From positions 86,380 to 150,379 of the IMG/VR virus record IMGVR_UViG_3300013121_000024: a stretch of DNA of 64,000 nucleotides. One strand, given 5' to 3'. This DNA is from a virus. Taxonomy: Duplodnaviria; Caudoviricetes. The translations under genes and the position numbers were made by a program. This document shows positions 35,856 through 45,424 of the stretch, piece by piece (position 1 is the first letter of the stretch; each line of letters starts with the position of its first letter). The notes under the pieces were generated by a model. It made no database searches. It saw only the letters and a list, made by a program, of their open reading frames with translations, and was not told the DNA's origin.

Positions 35856-37567
35856 TCTACCATTTTTGAAAAATTTTTCACCTTGTCAAACTGAATTACA
35901 CAATCAAACTTATCTATCATTTGGTCGGATCGGTGCGACACAATGAAAACATTATTATCCAGAGTTAATGAGTCAATAATTCTCAAAAATTCCTCTGTGC
36001 CGTTAGAATCAAGACTGGAATCTAATATTTCATCAAAAATGATTAAGTTACAAGAAGCCGAATTTCTTAACTTTGATACAGCTCTCCATGTAAAAAGTAA
36101 TGACAAATCTATTCTGGTTTTTTCTCCCTCCGAGAAATTATCATAACTGAATTCGTCTCTGTGTCTAGACTTTATAACTTCAGAGAAGTTTTCATCGATC
36201 TCAAAGTTGACGAAAAAGTCCATGATGCTTAAGTATTTATTTACCATCTGGTTGATGATAGGCATATACTGCTTAATAATGGCCGTCTTAATACCTCCAT
36301 CTTTTAGTAAAACAGTTGCTAAACTGAGGATTTCTCTTTCATTTACTAGTCGTTCTTTTTTTCTAGTAAATTCTTCCAACTGTTTTTTAAAAGATTCGGA
36401 GTCTACATTTTCCTTCTCGATTGAACGGGTGGTCTTTTCCAGCTCCTTTATATCCTTTCGGTATTGTGTTATATTCAACTCGTTCAACTGTATTTCTTGG
36501 TTGTTTAGTGTAATCTTCGAATTCAATTCTGATATACGTGCCATAATCTTGGTAGCTTCTTCAATTTCACCATAAAGTACGTTATAGTGCTCATTAAGTT
36601 CGTTAATGTGCGCTCCAAGACTCATCCTCTGTAATTTCTTCTTTTCTATCACAGAGTTTTTAAATAAGTTATCTATACTCTGTTTACATGTAGGACAATT
36701 ACTATTGGTAGAATAGAAATCAATGATCAAGTCATATTTCTTGTGTTTGGCCTCCATTTGTAATCTCAACTGGTCCAGTTTTTTCAACTTACTCTCAAGT
36801 TTGTCTTTTTTACTAATGGAAGCTTGAAGGGGAGAAATTTCTTCTAACAATGATTTATTTTTGTCAATAATTTTATCAATTAGACTTAGACATTGGTTTA
36901 TTTTTTCACCACGGTCAGAGATAAGCTTATGGTTGTTCTTTTTCAGGTCATTTATGTGTTTTTTGTTCAGCTCAATTTTGCTTCTTACGATGTCTAATTG
37001 GTGTTCGACTTCCATAAGACTATCACGATTTGAGTTTATGTTATCCTTTAATAAGGAGTTCATCAAGGAGAAAACTTGAATATCCAACAAGTCTTCTATC
37101 AATTCTCTACGTTGTGCAGCGGCTAACTGCATAAATGGTGTAAAATTAGCGGAACCAAGAATAACTATTTGTACGAATGTTCTATAATTCATTTTTAAAA
37201 TGTTTTTTTCGAGAGACTGTTGGTAATCCCTGTTATCAGCGGCTTGGTTCAATAACTTACCATCACACAGTATTTCAAAAAGATTAGGTTTCATACCCCT
37301 TCGTACTGTGTATTCTTTTTTTCCAATGGAAAAATCCACTTCCACAAGGAGTCCTTTGGTGGTAATAGAATTGATTAGCTGGGGCTTATTGATATTACGG
37401 AAGGCTTTGTTGAATAGACAAAAAGTCAAAGCGTCCAGAAAGGTGGACTTTCCAGAGCCATTTTTGCCTATAATAAGTGTTTTCTTGTTTTTGTTAAGTT
37501 CTATCTCGGTAAATATATTTCCGGAAGAAAGGAAATTCTTATATCTTATTTTTTTGAAAACTACCAC
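35852..37567 (-). CDS. gp46: Recombination endonuclease ATPase subunit (gp46, Rad50/SbcC-like)
   Basis: GKNGSGKS, CPTC hook, FSEGE, IFDE. Confidence 0.96.
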   Translation of the reverse strand: MVVFKKIRYKNFLSSGNIFTEIELNKNKKTLIIGKNGSGKSTFLDALTFCLFNKAFRNINKPQLINSITTKGLLVEVDFSIGKKEYTVRRGMKPNLFEILCDGKLLNQAADNRDYQQSLEKNILKMNYRTFVQIVILGSANFTPFMQLAAAQRRELIEDLLDIQVFSLMNSLLKDNINSNRDSLMEVEHQLDIVRSKIELNKKHINDLKKNNHKLISDRGEKINQCLSLIDKIIDKNKSLLEEISPLQASISKKDKLESKLKKLDQLRLQMEAKHKKYDLIIDFYSTNSNCPTCKQSIDNLFKNSVIEKKKLQRMSLGAHINELNEHYNVLYGEIEEATKIMARISELNSKITLNNQEIQLNELNITQYRKDIKELEKTTRSIEKENVDSESFKKQLEEFTRKKERLVNEREILSLATVLLKDGGIKTAIIKQYMPIINQMVNKYLSIMDFFVNFEIDENFSEVIKSRHRDEFSYDNFSEGEKTRIDLSLLFTWRAVSKLRNSASCNLIIFDEILDSSLDSNGTEEFLRIIDSLTLDNNVFIVSHRSDQMIDKFDCVIQFDKVKNFSKMVE

Positions 37568-38619
37568 TAAATGTTGTCCCTCAATGTTAAAGCTTGATCA
37601 TATATCTTTTTCAAGAGTTTATCAAGATCATTATGTTGTTTTTTGTCCAACCCTAACATCTTTGTATAATCTGTCAGTATGGTTAAAGTATCCGAAACTT
37701 TAGGATCAAAATTAAGAATTTGTGTGTTATCCAAAAACTGATCTCCTTCAATGATACGGATATCGGCCGGATTAACTGCCTCTAATGCATCAAAAAACAA
37801 ATCAAACCAATAAGGATTATTTTTTTTACGTACAATAATTTTTACGTAAGTTCCTGAATACACAGAAAAATCTCTTTCTGTCAAATCCTCCATAGAACAG
37901 GAAGAATCGTCATATTCTATCTTATGAAATATCCTATTCGGATTTTTGATGTATGTTAATTTGCTTGTATTTGTGTCATAGATGTGAAACCCCCTGGTTT
38001 CTGCATAATCAGACCACATCATCTCATAAGGAGCACCGAGATAATGTATATTACCCTTGGAAGATTTTTGGTGAAAGTGTCCACTAGCAACCAAATCAAA
38101 CTTAGAGAACAAGTTTTTGTCAAGGCCTCGTTCTGACACATTACCACGCATCATTTCAAACCCTTTTATTTCAAGGTGTCCAAATGCTACATGACATCTA
38201 GTATTCTGTATAGCATTTATTGACTCCTGCATGTTCTCCTGATTGATCCAAGGTAGAAACAGATGATTGTTTACCTCTGTTGGACGTGTATATATGTGGA
38301 ATCCATACGGAGCTACCAATTCAGACAACGAATTTATGTAATTCGTATTTTTGTGGAATAAATCATGATTTCCCGTGAGTATATGTACTTCTTTACCAAC
38401 CAATCTATCCAGGAATCCAGATTTCATATTATTCAGTGTTTGATAATTAATGTACTTCCTTCTATCTACCAAATCACCCAAGTGGTACACAGTTTTAATT
38501 CCATGTTTTTCTATGTATGGAAAAAACACCTTGTCATAGAATTTATTGAAATATTGGAAAAATGTGTTACTATCTCCACGGACACCATAGTGTGTATCAG
38601 TTATAACACAGATTTTCAT
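37567..38619 (-). CDS. gp47: Recombination endonuclease nuclease subunit (gp47, Mre11/SbcD-like)
   Basis: DTHYG, LGDLVD, GNHD, SGHFH. Confidence 0.96.
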   Translation of the reverse strand: MKICVITDTHYGVRGDSNTFFQYFNKFYDKVFFPYIEKHGIKTVYHLGDLVDRRKYINYQTLNNMKSGFLDRLVGKEVHILTGNHDLFHKNTNYINSLSELVAPYGFHIYTRPTEVNNHLFLPWINQENMQESINAIQNTRCHVAFGHLEIKGFEMMRGNVSERGLDKNLFSKFDLVASGHFHQKSSKGNIHYLGAPYEMMWSDYAETRGFHIYDTNTSKLTYIKNPNRIFHKIEYDDSSCSMEDLTERDFSVYSGTYVKIIVRKKNNPYWFDLFFDALEAVNPADIRIIEGDQFLDNTQILNFDPKVSDTLTILTDYTKMLGLDKKQHNDLDKLLKKIYDQALTLRDNI

Positions 38620-38810
38620 CTTTTCTTTTCTATCCTATTTTTTACCAAACGATATTCTTCAAGTTCTCTGTTAATAGTTCTTGATACGAAATCCAAGTTC
38701 ATAGAATAAGTTTCTTTGGTTTGGAAATCCACACTTGGATCCTTTAATTTTCCTAACCAATCTTTGATGATGGCAGGTAGAATAACATTTTTTTCACTCA
38801 AACTCATTAC
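38616..38810 (-). CDS. Small hypothetical protein
   Basis: MSLSEKNV start after GGAG; ATGA-coupled to gp47. Confidence 0.55.
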   Translation of the reverse strand, partial: VMSLSEKNVILPAIIKDWLGKLKDPSVDFQTKETYSMNLDFVSRTINRELEEYRLVKNRIEKKR

Positions 38811-39237
38811 ACACTCCAAATTGAATATCAAATAACCTGTTGCTTGGTGTTCTCGTTTCCTGTACATAAATTTGTGATTTCAATATACACTGATCGATCA
38901 TTTGTGGTGTGTTGTTAAAACGATCACACACAATACTGTACTGGTATATTTTTCCATTATAAAAGAATTCTCTCAATAGATTATCAAACTCATATCTCAC
39001 TTTGGCGTATGTGATATCATTTATAGGTTCTAACAATATTTCTTGATTTATTTTTAGACTTCTATCTTCAATGATCTTGCTAAGCCAGTCCTCGGCTTCT
39101 ACAACCGGTAACATAGGAGGTGGCACAGGAATAACACTAGCAGCCTTTGCTGGAGTAGGAACTATTGAAGGCAATACTATGGCGGCACCAGCACCTATTA
39201 ATATTTTAAAAAAATCACGCTTGGTGACAATAAACAT
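38794..39237 (-). CDS. Tat-like signal peptide fused to a tail-sheath C-terminal-like domain
   Basis: TKRDFFK, hydrophobic core, AKA; C-half aligns by eye to the gp18 C-terminus (IVCDRFNNT vs VVCDKTNNP). Confidence 0.65.
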   Translation of the reverse strand: MFIVTKRDFFKILIGAGAAIVLPSIVPTPAKAASVIPVPPPMLPVVEAEDWLSKIIEDRSLKINQEILLEPINDITYAKVRYEFDNLLREFFYNGKIYQYSIVCDRFNNTPQMIDQCILKSQIYVQETRTPSNRLFDIQFGVCNEFE

Positions 39238-39244
39238 AACAAAA

Positions 39245-39781
39245 TTACTCCTTGTCGTCTATGAATATTTCCAGTGAAACTTTAGTATTTTTCTTATGCC
39301 TTGTCAAGTCCTTTTTGTTTTGATTGGGAATTTTATCATTGTAAATTTCCATTTTATTCGGAGTAATTGATGTTCCAGAATTGGTCAAATTCTCCAACAT
39401 ACCATATCTAACACCATTGGCCACCTTTATGTCTTGTTGTTCCTTTTCCAGTGAAATTCTTCTGAAAAATGAATTTTTGGCATATTGTGTGAAATAAGCG
39501 AATGGATTATTGGTTTTACTTCCGTCAAAATTATCGATATATTTAACCATATTTAACACGGCATCCGAAATCATTTCCTCTTTCCAACTATATGCCGAAA
39601 AATTAGGTTTATTGGAAAATCCTGTTGCTATTTTGAGAAAACATTCTCCAATATATCGGGGAATTACAGGTTTCGGAAGTCCTAATTTTTCAGCATTTCG
39701 CAATTGTGATTTGTACTCCATCAATACCTCATACATATGTTTATTGTTAAGGTAATTTCTGGTATTTTTTTTAGTTATCAA
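39245..39781 (-). CDS. gp55: Late-transcription sigma factor (gp55)
   Basis: YLNNK, YIGECFLKIA, PNFSAYSWKEEMISD, NPFAYFTQ. Confidence 0.95.
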   Translation of the reverse strand: MITKKNTRNYLNNKHMYEVLMEYKSQLRNAEKLGLPKPVIPRYIGECFLKIATGFSNKPNFSAYSWKEEMISDAVLNMVKYIDNFDGSKTNNPFAYFTQYAKNSFFRRISLEKEQQDIKVANGVRYGMLENLTNSGTSITPNKMEIYNDKIPNQNKKDLTRHKKNTKVSLEIFIDDKE

Positions 39782-39804
39782 GTCACTTATCCTCTCATTT
39801 GTGT

Positions 39805-39869
39805 AATTTTACCCCTTGCCAACATTTTGGAAAGCTGTATAATAACGGTGTCGTTTTAGAGTAATTGGT
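39805..39869 (+). repeat. 65-bp element, copy 2 (inverted relative to 3981-4045), upstream of gp55
   Basis: Exact reverse complement of 3981-4045. Confidence 0.9.
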
Positions 39870-39877
39870 TATTATAG

Positions 39878-40351
39878 TTAGTTTGGACGATTTTTGACGA
39901 ACCTACCTGGAACCATGAAAGAACCTTCCGATGGTCCTCTTAGTACAATAGGTTTTAGTTCCGATATCAAATCCTGTTTTTCTTTCTCTTCCTTAATCTT
40001 CTTTGCTATTAACTGCCTTTCCTCAAAGGTATCATTAGTAGCTTTAAGCCCATCCAAAATATTCTTATCCACCAAATTCAATGATATAGTAGAATTATTA
40101 TAAAACCTTTCCACCTCCATGTGTACCTTATTATGTGTAAGCACATGGTTTTTTTGTATGGTGATTTCAGAATTTTCCATAAATGGTGTATATTTTTGTA
40201 GAGTCATCATTCCGTCGTGCATTACTATGGCTCGTGGATCCGAAAATGTAAACCCGTTTTTGGTTTCATTAGAAAGTTTGGCCAACAGTTCATCACCATT
40301 AATTAACCTGATGTGGTATACATTCTCTTTAACGGTATTATTTGCTTCCAT
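39878..40351 (-). CDS. Conserved hypothetical protein downstream of uvsW (possible Sm-like fold)
   Basis: IRLINGDELLAK...P..I pattern. Confidence 0.6.
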   Translation of the reverse strand: MEANNTVKENVYHIRLINGDELLAKLSNETKNGFTFSDPRAIVMHDGMMTLQKYTPFMENSEITIQKNHVLTHNKVHMEVERFYNNSTISLNLVDKNILDGLKATNDTFEERQLIAKKIKEEKEKQDLISELKPIVLRGPSEGSFMVPGRFVKNRPN

Positions 40352-42875
40352 CTTTTGGTTTTTCTCCTAACTTTACATTGTATATCTTATAAGGAAACTT
40401 CTCAGAATCATAAATTCTAATTCTCTCAAGGAAGTGTGTTAGTGTGTAATTTCTTCTGTTTTTCCAAGATATATCATCGGCAACGTCAAACAGAGTCAAT
40501 TTTGTTTTCCACGGGGTTCTACGGAATCCTCTTCCTATTGATTGCAATATTTTGATTCTGGCTTTGGTGGGTGTTGCAAAAATAATGTAATTTATGTTCT
40601 TTATATTTATACCAGTCGTAAACACATCGCTGGCTAATAGGATAGCATTCTTTTCCTTATCAAAATCAATACGTGTTTTATTTTTCTCTTTTCCGGTGTT
40701 TTCTCCAGTAACAAAGTAAAGATTTCTATCAGATGCTTTAAGACTAAGTATATCATGTATTGATTCACCTTGATCAATATACCGAAAAAGTATTAATACA
40801 TTTCCTTCCAATGAAAGTGCTAGATTTGCTAAGAAATTATTTCTTTTATTGTGTTGTCGGATAAAATCTATTTCCTGATCATAAGTAGCCCTTTTCATCA
40901 GCCTTTTTATTTCATCCGGATACTTTAATAGTATGGTTTTTATACTTATATCTGCACTGTGACCCTTATCAATCAACTCTCTATTAGTGGTTACGGTTAC
41001 AATTGGGCCGAATAATCCTTCAATTACTAGTTTATCCGTTTTGGTGTCTTGTATTGTGCCTGTAAGACCTATTCTGAATTTTATTCTAGTACTTTTTTCC
41101 ATGATTCCTCGTAAACACTCCGCTTTTGCGGTGTGCACTTCATCCACCGTTATCATATTAAATTGATTCAACCAGTCTTCTGGCATTTTGTAAATGGATT
41201 GCCATGTACTAATTGTTACTTGTTTGTCTATTTCTTTGGACTGGCCTTCATAGATAAGTTGTATGTTGTTTTTTTGAAATCCATATGTTTCTTCAAATTC
41301 TGCCTGTAATTGTAAACACAACGCGGTTGATGGTACCACTATAAGTGTTTTTGTATCATAATACCTTAAAAGCAGGTACATAATGAGTGATTTGCCGGAG
41401 TTGTGGGTTATCATACCATCATTTGTGATATAGAGATTATCCTCTACCTCAAACCCGAAAAATTCTTGTTCATCTAATGGTTTCACTATGAATTTGGAAA
41501 TATACCTACGTCTCTTTAAATCTTCCGATTCAAGTACGGTATTTTGTTTTCTTTTCACCCTTGTTGGTATGATGTGTGTATTTCCATTGATAATAACATT
41601 GTAATAGGTTTTATTGTATCGCTTATTGTATTTTTCTTTAATATATGCTATTAGGCCTAGTGAAATGGCTAATTGGTGTACTCCTTGTGCTAAATATTTT
41701 GATTTTGAACTAAATGAAAATATGGTTTTTGATTTGGAGTCTTTATGTCCATCAGAATCAATAAGTCCAGCCAAAAGTTCTTTTCTTGTTTCCAGGTTAG
41801 ATTCCAATAAGGTCTTAGGAATGAATTTGTCTTCACATTTGGTCCTTATACCATTGTTAATGAAGTGTAATCCTAATTTATCAAATTCGGATAATATTAT
41901 ATTTCGCTTATTTTTAGCGCCTTTTATGAAATAGCTTATTCCACTTTTCCGAATTGTACAACCAAATTTCTGTGATTCATTTTCGATACATTGTATTATC
42001 TCTTCATCTTTGGTTGTAACAGCACATGTATGTGTGTGTCCATCACCTAAATAAAGTCCAATAAAATATGGAGAAAGTAAAGTTTTCGGGGGGTTTCCAT
42101 ATTCTAAAGGAATATCATTATAGAATAACACAGAACAGTGTTTGAATGTATTGGATTTTTTTAGATAATCCTCTACTGTAATTTTTGTTATTCTGTCTTT
42201 GTCTCTTTTTGAATACCCATAACGAGAATTGATATCAGTATGTTTCAGTGTTAGTATGTGGTTTCCTGTAACGGTTATTTTGGATAAACCCTTTTTTGGA
42301 ATTATTTCGTAAAGATTATCTTTTCCTTTGAATACTTTAAGTACCTCTTTTTCTTTTCCATCGGCACCAAAGATTTTATTTGATACCTTTATAGATTCAA
42401 TTGGTTTCCAACCTTCTTTAGTGAAAACTTTATCACCTCTTTTATGACAGTTGGTAGGAGAAAGTAGTACCAATCTACCTTTGCGAACCGCATGTGTAAA
42501 TGCCTCTAATTGATAATCGCGAACTTTTATGTCATCTGGTAGGTCTAGAGATTTGATAAATTCCTCCGCTTCAATAACAGAGAATTCTGCATCCGAATTA
42601 TCATCCAAAAATTCAATATTATATTGACGATGTTTGCCATATTCTTTGAGTTTATCAGATAATCCCGCATACATTGTATTGTTACGCAAATTTATCATTC
42701 GTATTTTACCGTCCCACATTCCTCTACGGAAAGCAGGAGAAAATCTGGCACCTGGCACATTGAACGTAAAGGAATCAGATAACTCCTGTAACATACCCTG
42801 TGTGGCGTGTACCTTGAAGTAAGATTCGTTTAACTTTTTAAATTGCAATGTTGTACTTGTTCTGTTATGTTCCAT
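40338..42875 (-). CDS. uvsW: UvsW SF2 helicase containing an intein
   Basis: WDGKI, RDYQ, SPTN|SGKS, DEVH, GLTGT, QSIGRGFR. Confidence 0.95.
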   Translation of the reverse strand: MEHNRTSTTLQFKKLNESYFKVHATQGMLQELSDSFTFNVPGARFSPAFRRGMWDGKIRMINLRNNTMYAGLSDKLKEYGKHRQYNIEFLDDNSDAEFSVIEAEEFIKSLDLPDDIKVRDYQLEAFTHAVRKGRLVLLSPTNCHKRGDKVFTKEGWKPIESIKVSNKIFGADGKEKEVLKVFKGKDNLYEIIPKKGLSKITVTGNHILTLKHTDINSRYGYSKRDKDRITKITVEDYLKKSNTFKHCSVLFYNDIPLEYGNPPKTLLSPYFIGLYLGDGHTHTCAVTTKDEEIIQCIENESQKFGCTIRKSGISYFIKGAKNKRNIILSEFDKLGLHFINNGIRTKCEDKFIPKTLLESNLETRKELLAGLIDSDGHKDSKSKTIFSFSSKSKYLAQGVHQLAISLGLIAYIKEKYNKRYNKTYYNVIINGNTHIIPTRVKRKQNTVLESEDLKRRRYISKFIVKPLDEQEFFGFEVEDNLYITNDGMITHNSGKSLIMYLLLRYYDTKTLIVVPSTALCLQLQAEFEETYGFQKNNIQLIYEGQSKEIDKQVTISTWQSIYKMPEDWLNQFNMITVDEVHTAKAECLRGIMEKSTRIKFRIGLTGTIQDTKTDKLVIEGLFGPIVTVTTNRELIDKGHSADISIKTILLKYPDEIKRLMKRATYDQEIDFIRQHNKRNNFLANLALSLEGNVLILFRYIDQGESIHDILSLKASDRNLYFVTGENTGKEKNKTRIDFDKEKNAILLASDVFTTGINIKNINYIIFATPTKARIKILQSIGRGFRRTPWKTKLTLFDVADDISWKNRRNYTLTHFLERIRIYDSEKFPYKIYNVKLGEKPKDGSK
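41400..42449 (-). mobile_element. Intein with LAGLIDADG endonuclease (350 aa) in the UvsW Walker A motif
   Basis: CHKRGD, TGNH, IGLYLGDG, LAGLIDSDG, ITHN|S. Confidence 0.93.
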
Positions 42876-43311
42876 TTGTGAATTTCATAAACTCTATAGC
42901 ATTTTTAATCTGAAAGGTTCGGTTGCTTATGGTTCGGATAATACTTTCAAGTGCATTGATTTTTTCCATCTGGTAAGATATTCTTAGGCTCGATTGTATG
43001 AGTTCCTGGTCAGCTTCCATATACATATCCGCCTCACTTTTCAATATCTTTCCTACAGCAGGAAATTTCCAACCAAGAGCAACCGTTTCTTTTGTAGGAC
43101 CTTGTGTGTAAAATTCCCATTTTTCAAATTTCAATTTTTCATGTTCAGATTTCATTTTTTTGAGTAACAGTGCTTCATTTGAAAATATTTTATAGTATTT
43201 GTGGTGTAATTCCGGTATTCGAAGTGATTCCAATGCTAATTCCGACTTATCAATCTTGGAATCTTCCTTCCAGTTATCTAATATTTCTTCTAATTTCATC
43301 TGGACATCCAT
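42865..43311 (-). CDS. uvsY: Recombination mediator UvsY
   Basis: WKEDSKID, IPELHHKY, RTFQIKNAIEFMKF. Confidence 0.92.
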   Translation of the reverse strand: MDVQMKLEEILDNWKEDSKIDKSELALESLRIPELHHKYYKIFSNEALLLKKMKSEHEKLKFEKWEFYTQGPTKETVALGWKFPAVGKILKSEADMYMEADQELIQSSLRISYQMEKINALESIIRTISNRTFQIKNAIEFMKFTNGT

Positions 43312-43340
43312 TATCAGCATTTGTTGAAATTGTTAGAGTT

Positions 43341-43368
43341 AGTATAACAGGTTCCTATGTTATGTCAA
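43341..43368 (-). promoter_or_regulatory. Sigma70-like promoter for uvsY-uvsW (TTGACA-16-TATACT, extended TG)
   Basis: Consensus match. Confidence 0.7.
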
Positions 43369-43377
43369 GATTTATTT

Positions 43378-43908
43378 TTATACATTGTAATCTATATCGT
43401 ACAGCGTGTAAACAAATGTTGCTGTGGATTTGATATTTGTAACATCTGTAAGATTTGAATCAAAATCCAATGGTCCCAGTTTAATGGGGAATGCATCCGA
43501 GAAAGTGACCGTGGCTAGTGGATTCTTTGCAGAATTGAGTATGACACAAGATATATCAGACTTTACTCCATAACCACTAAGGTTGGTCTGAGATGCTAGG
43601 GTATTGTATTGTTCTGTATTTTCGGGGAACGCAAGTTGTCTCATCCATGTCTGTATTTCATACCAATTTCTTAGTTCTTCATCGACCATGAACGTGATAT
43701 TGAGAGGTTCAAAATTGAGTTCGTCTCCTGGAATTGGTATCTTATTCAGTGGTGTTGTTCGGACAGTAGGTGTGGTACTTATGCTTGGTATGTTGATTTT
43801 CTGCACAAAAAAGTCTACACCAGGACATCGTTTTATTGCTACCTTATAATTGAGTGGAGAAAGGAAGTTCCTATTGCTTGGATAGTTAGTTAAAGCTGAT
43901 GTTGTCAT
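43378..43908 (-). CDS. gp3: Tail completion/sheath stabiliser (gp3)
   Basis: NFLSP, ITFMVDEELRNWYEIQTWM, FSDAFP; start at MTTS. Confidence 0.88.
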   Translation of the reverse strand: MTTSALTNYPSNRNFLSPLNYKVAIKRCPGVDFFVQKINIPSISTTPTVRTTPLNKIPIPGDELNFEPLNITFMVDEELRNWYEIQTWMRQLAFPENTEQYNTLASQTNLSGYGVKSDISCVILNSAKNPLATVTFSDAFPIKLGPLDFDSNLTDVTNIKSTATFVYTLYDIDYNV

Positions 43909-43931
43909 ATTTGGTCCTTGGTGCTTTAATG

Positions 43932-43962
43932 TTGACTTTTGTATATTGGTGTGGTATTTATA
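43932..43962. promoter_or_regulatory. Overlapping divergent promoters: TTGACT-17-TATTTA (+) and late TATAAATA (-)
   Basis: The same bases 43955-43960 serve as the -10 on + and the late box on -. Confidence 0.5.
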
Positions 43963-43987
43963 TAGATTAGAGGTTAGAGGTGGAAAG

Positions 43988-45385
43988 ATGTCACTTACAC
44001 GCACAGAATTGGAGGAATTATTTCCGGCACACAAGGTGTTTCCGGCATTGGTAGAGTATTGTAGACTACAGAAATTGACAGACAAGGAAAAACTTCCAAA
44101 GTGTAAATGTGGAAAACTATGCACTCCAAATACCGAAAATCAGGCCAAAGGTTTTACACAGTATTGCTCTGTTCCATGTAGACTAAAATATGGTAAACGG
44201 ACTACTGCACATGATAAACTGGAAAACAGGGAATGGTTATATGAACAAAGGGTTACACTCAGGAAGTCAAAAGACCTCATTGCATCGGAGTTAGGGTGTT
44301 CACACATTCTTGTGAATAAGTGGATCAAGAAACATGGAATACCGAGCTTTAGATTACAAGAATCACCAACGACCATAAGGAACAAATTAACGGATAAAGT
44401 TGGTTTAGAGGAGATGTATACTGATAAAACCATGGAACAAATAGCTGGAGAACTTGGGACCACCAAATCCACGGTGTCTATATGGTTCCAAAAGCATGGT
44501 ATTACACCCAAGGCCGACAATTCTTGGCCACGTCAATTCACTAAGACTTCTGTGATACACCAGGAGATACTCGATTACTTAGGTACAATATATGGTGGAA
44601 CTATTCTGAGTAATGATAGGTCGACTCTTGGAACTGAATTGGATATTCTAATTCTAGACAAAAAATTAGCAATAGAAGTCGATGGACTATACTACCACAC
44701 AGACAAATTCAAACCACGGGGTTTGCATTTAGAAAAAACGAACAGGTGCACTGATGGTGGACTGCGTTTGTTCCATATTTTTGAAGACCAGTGGATTTAC
44801 CACCGACCAATCGTGGAAAGCATGATATCATATGCTCTAGGTGTTGTAACGATTCGTATACCAGCGAGAAAATGTGTGATATCAATGGTTTCTCCGGCCG
44901 TCCGCAGGAAATTTTTCGAAGACAATCACTTACAAGGTGATGTTGGAGCTAAAATTGCTTATGGATTGTATCAGGATGGAGAACTCGTGGCCTGTATGAG
45001 TTTCCGAAAGCCCCGATTCAACCAGAAATATGATTTGGAATTGATACGTTTCGCAAATAAAATAGGAACCACGGTTAGTGGTGGGTTTTCCAGATTGGTA
45101 TCAAAGGTATCAGGAAAATCAATCATCACATATGCTGATCGCACATATTCGGATGCCGGTGTGTATTTGAAATGTGGATTTGAACAGTTGGTCGTAAATC
45201 CTCCATCTTATTGGTACACAGATAATAAACACAGGTATCCAAGAACTATGTTCTCTAAAAAGCAATTATCGAATAAACTAGGGAATTGGAATTTGGAGGG
45301 ATTATCCGAACGCGAGATAACAGAGAAACTTGGTCTCAGGCGAATATGGAATTGTGGCACAGTCACGTTGGTAAAACAGACATAA
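43988..45385 (+). CDS. Hef-like (Vsr/EDxHD-type) homing endonuclease with N-terminal Zn and HTH modules
   Basis: CKCG...YCSVPC, two HTHs, ELDI...AIEVDGLYYH, HIFEDQW, ELIRFA, TYADR; the only convincing + strand gene. Confidence 0.8.
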   Translation: MSLTRTELEELFPAHKVFPALVEYCRLQKLTDKEKLPKCKCGKLCTPNTENQAKGFTQYCSVPCRLKYGKRTTAHDKLENREWLYEQRVTLRKSKDLIASELGCSHILVNKWIKKHGIPSFRLQESPTTIRNKLTDKVGLEEMYTDKTMEQIAGELGTTKSTVSIWFQKHGITPKADNSWPRQFTKTSVIHQEILDYLGTIYGGTILSNDRSTLGTELDILILDKKLAIEVDGLYYHTDKFKPRGLHLEKTNRCTDGGLRLFHIFEDQWIYHRPIVESMISYALGVVTIRIPARKCVISMVSPAVRRKFFEDNHLQGDVGAKIAYGLYQDGELVACMSFRKPRFNQKYDLELIRFANKIGTTVSGGFSRLVSKVSGKSIITYADRTYSDAGVYLKCGFEQLVVNPPSYWYTDNKHRYPRTMFSKKQLSNKLGNWNLEGLSEREITEKLGLRRIWNCGTVTLVKQT

Positions 45386-45412
45386 AGAAAGGGGCCGATT
45401 TCTCGGCCCCTT
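45384..45412. terminator. Terminator hairpin between convergent endonuclease genes
   Basis: AAGGGGCCGA/TCGGCCCCTT stem; GAAA loop and T-rich tail on the minus strand. Confidence 0.75.
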
Positions 45413-45424
45413 AGTTGTTATTAG

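Noticed and set aside
39853-39862. GTTTTAGAG inside the 65-bp repeat resembles the start of a type II CRISPR repeat
   Set aside because: Only two distant inverted copies, no spacers, the rest does not match, and no cas genes
43909-44124. N-terminal extension of gp3 in the ORF track
   Set aside because: Overlaps the plus-strand endonuclease; the late promoter and RBS support ATG 43908
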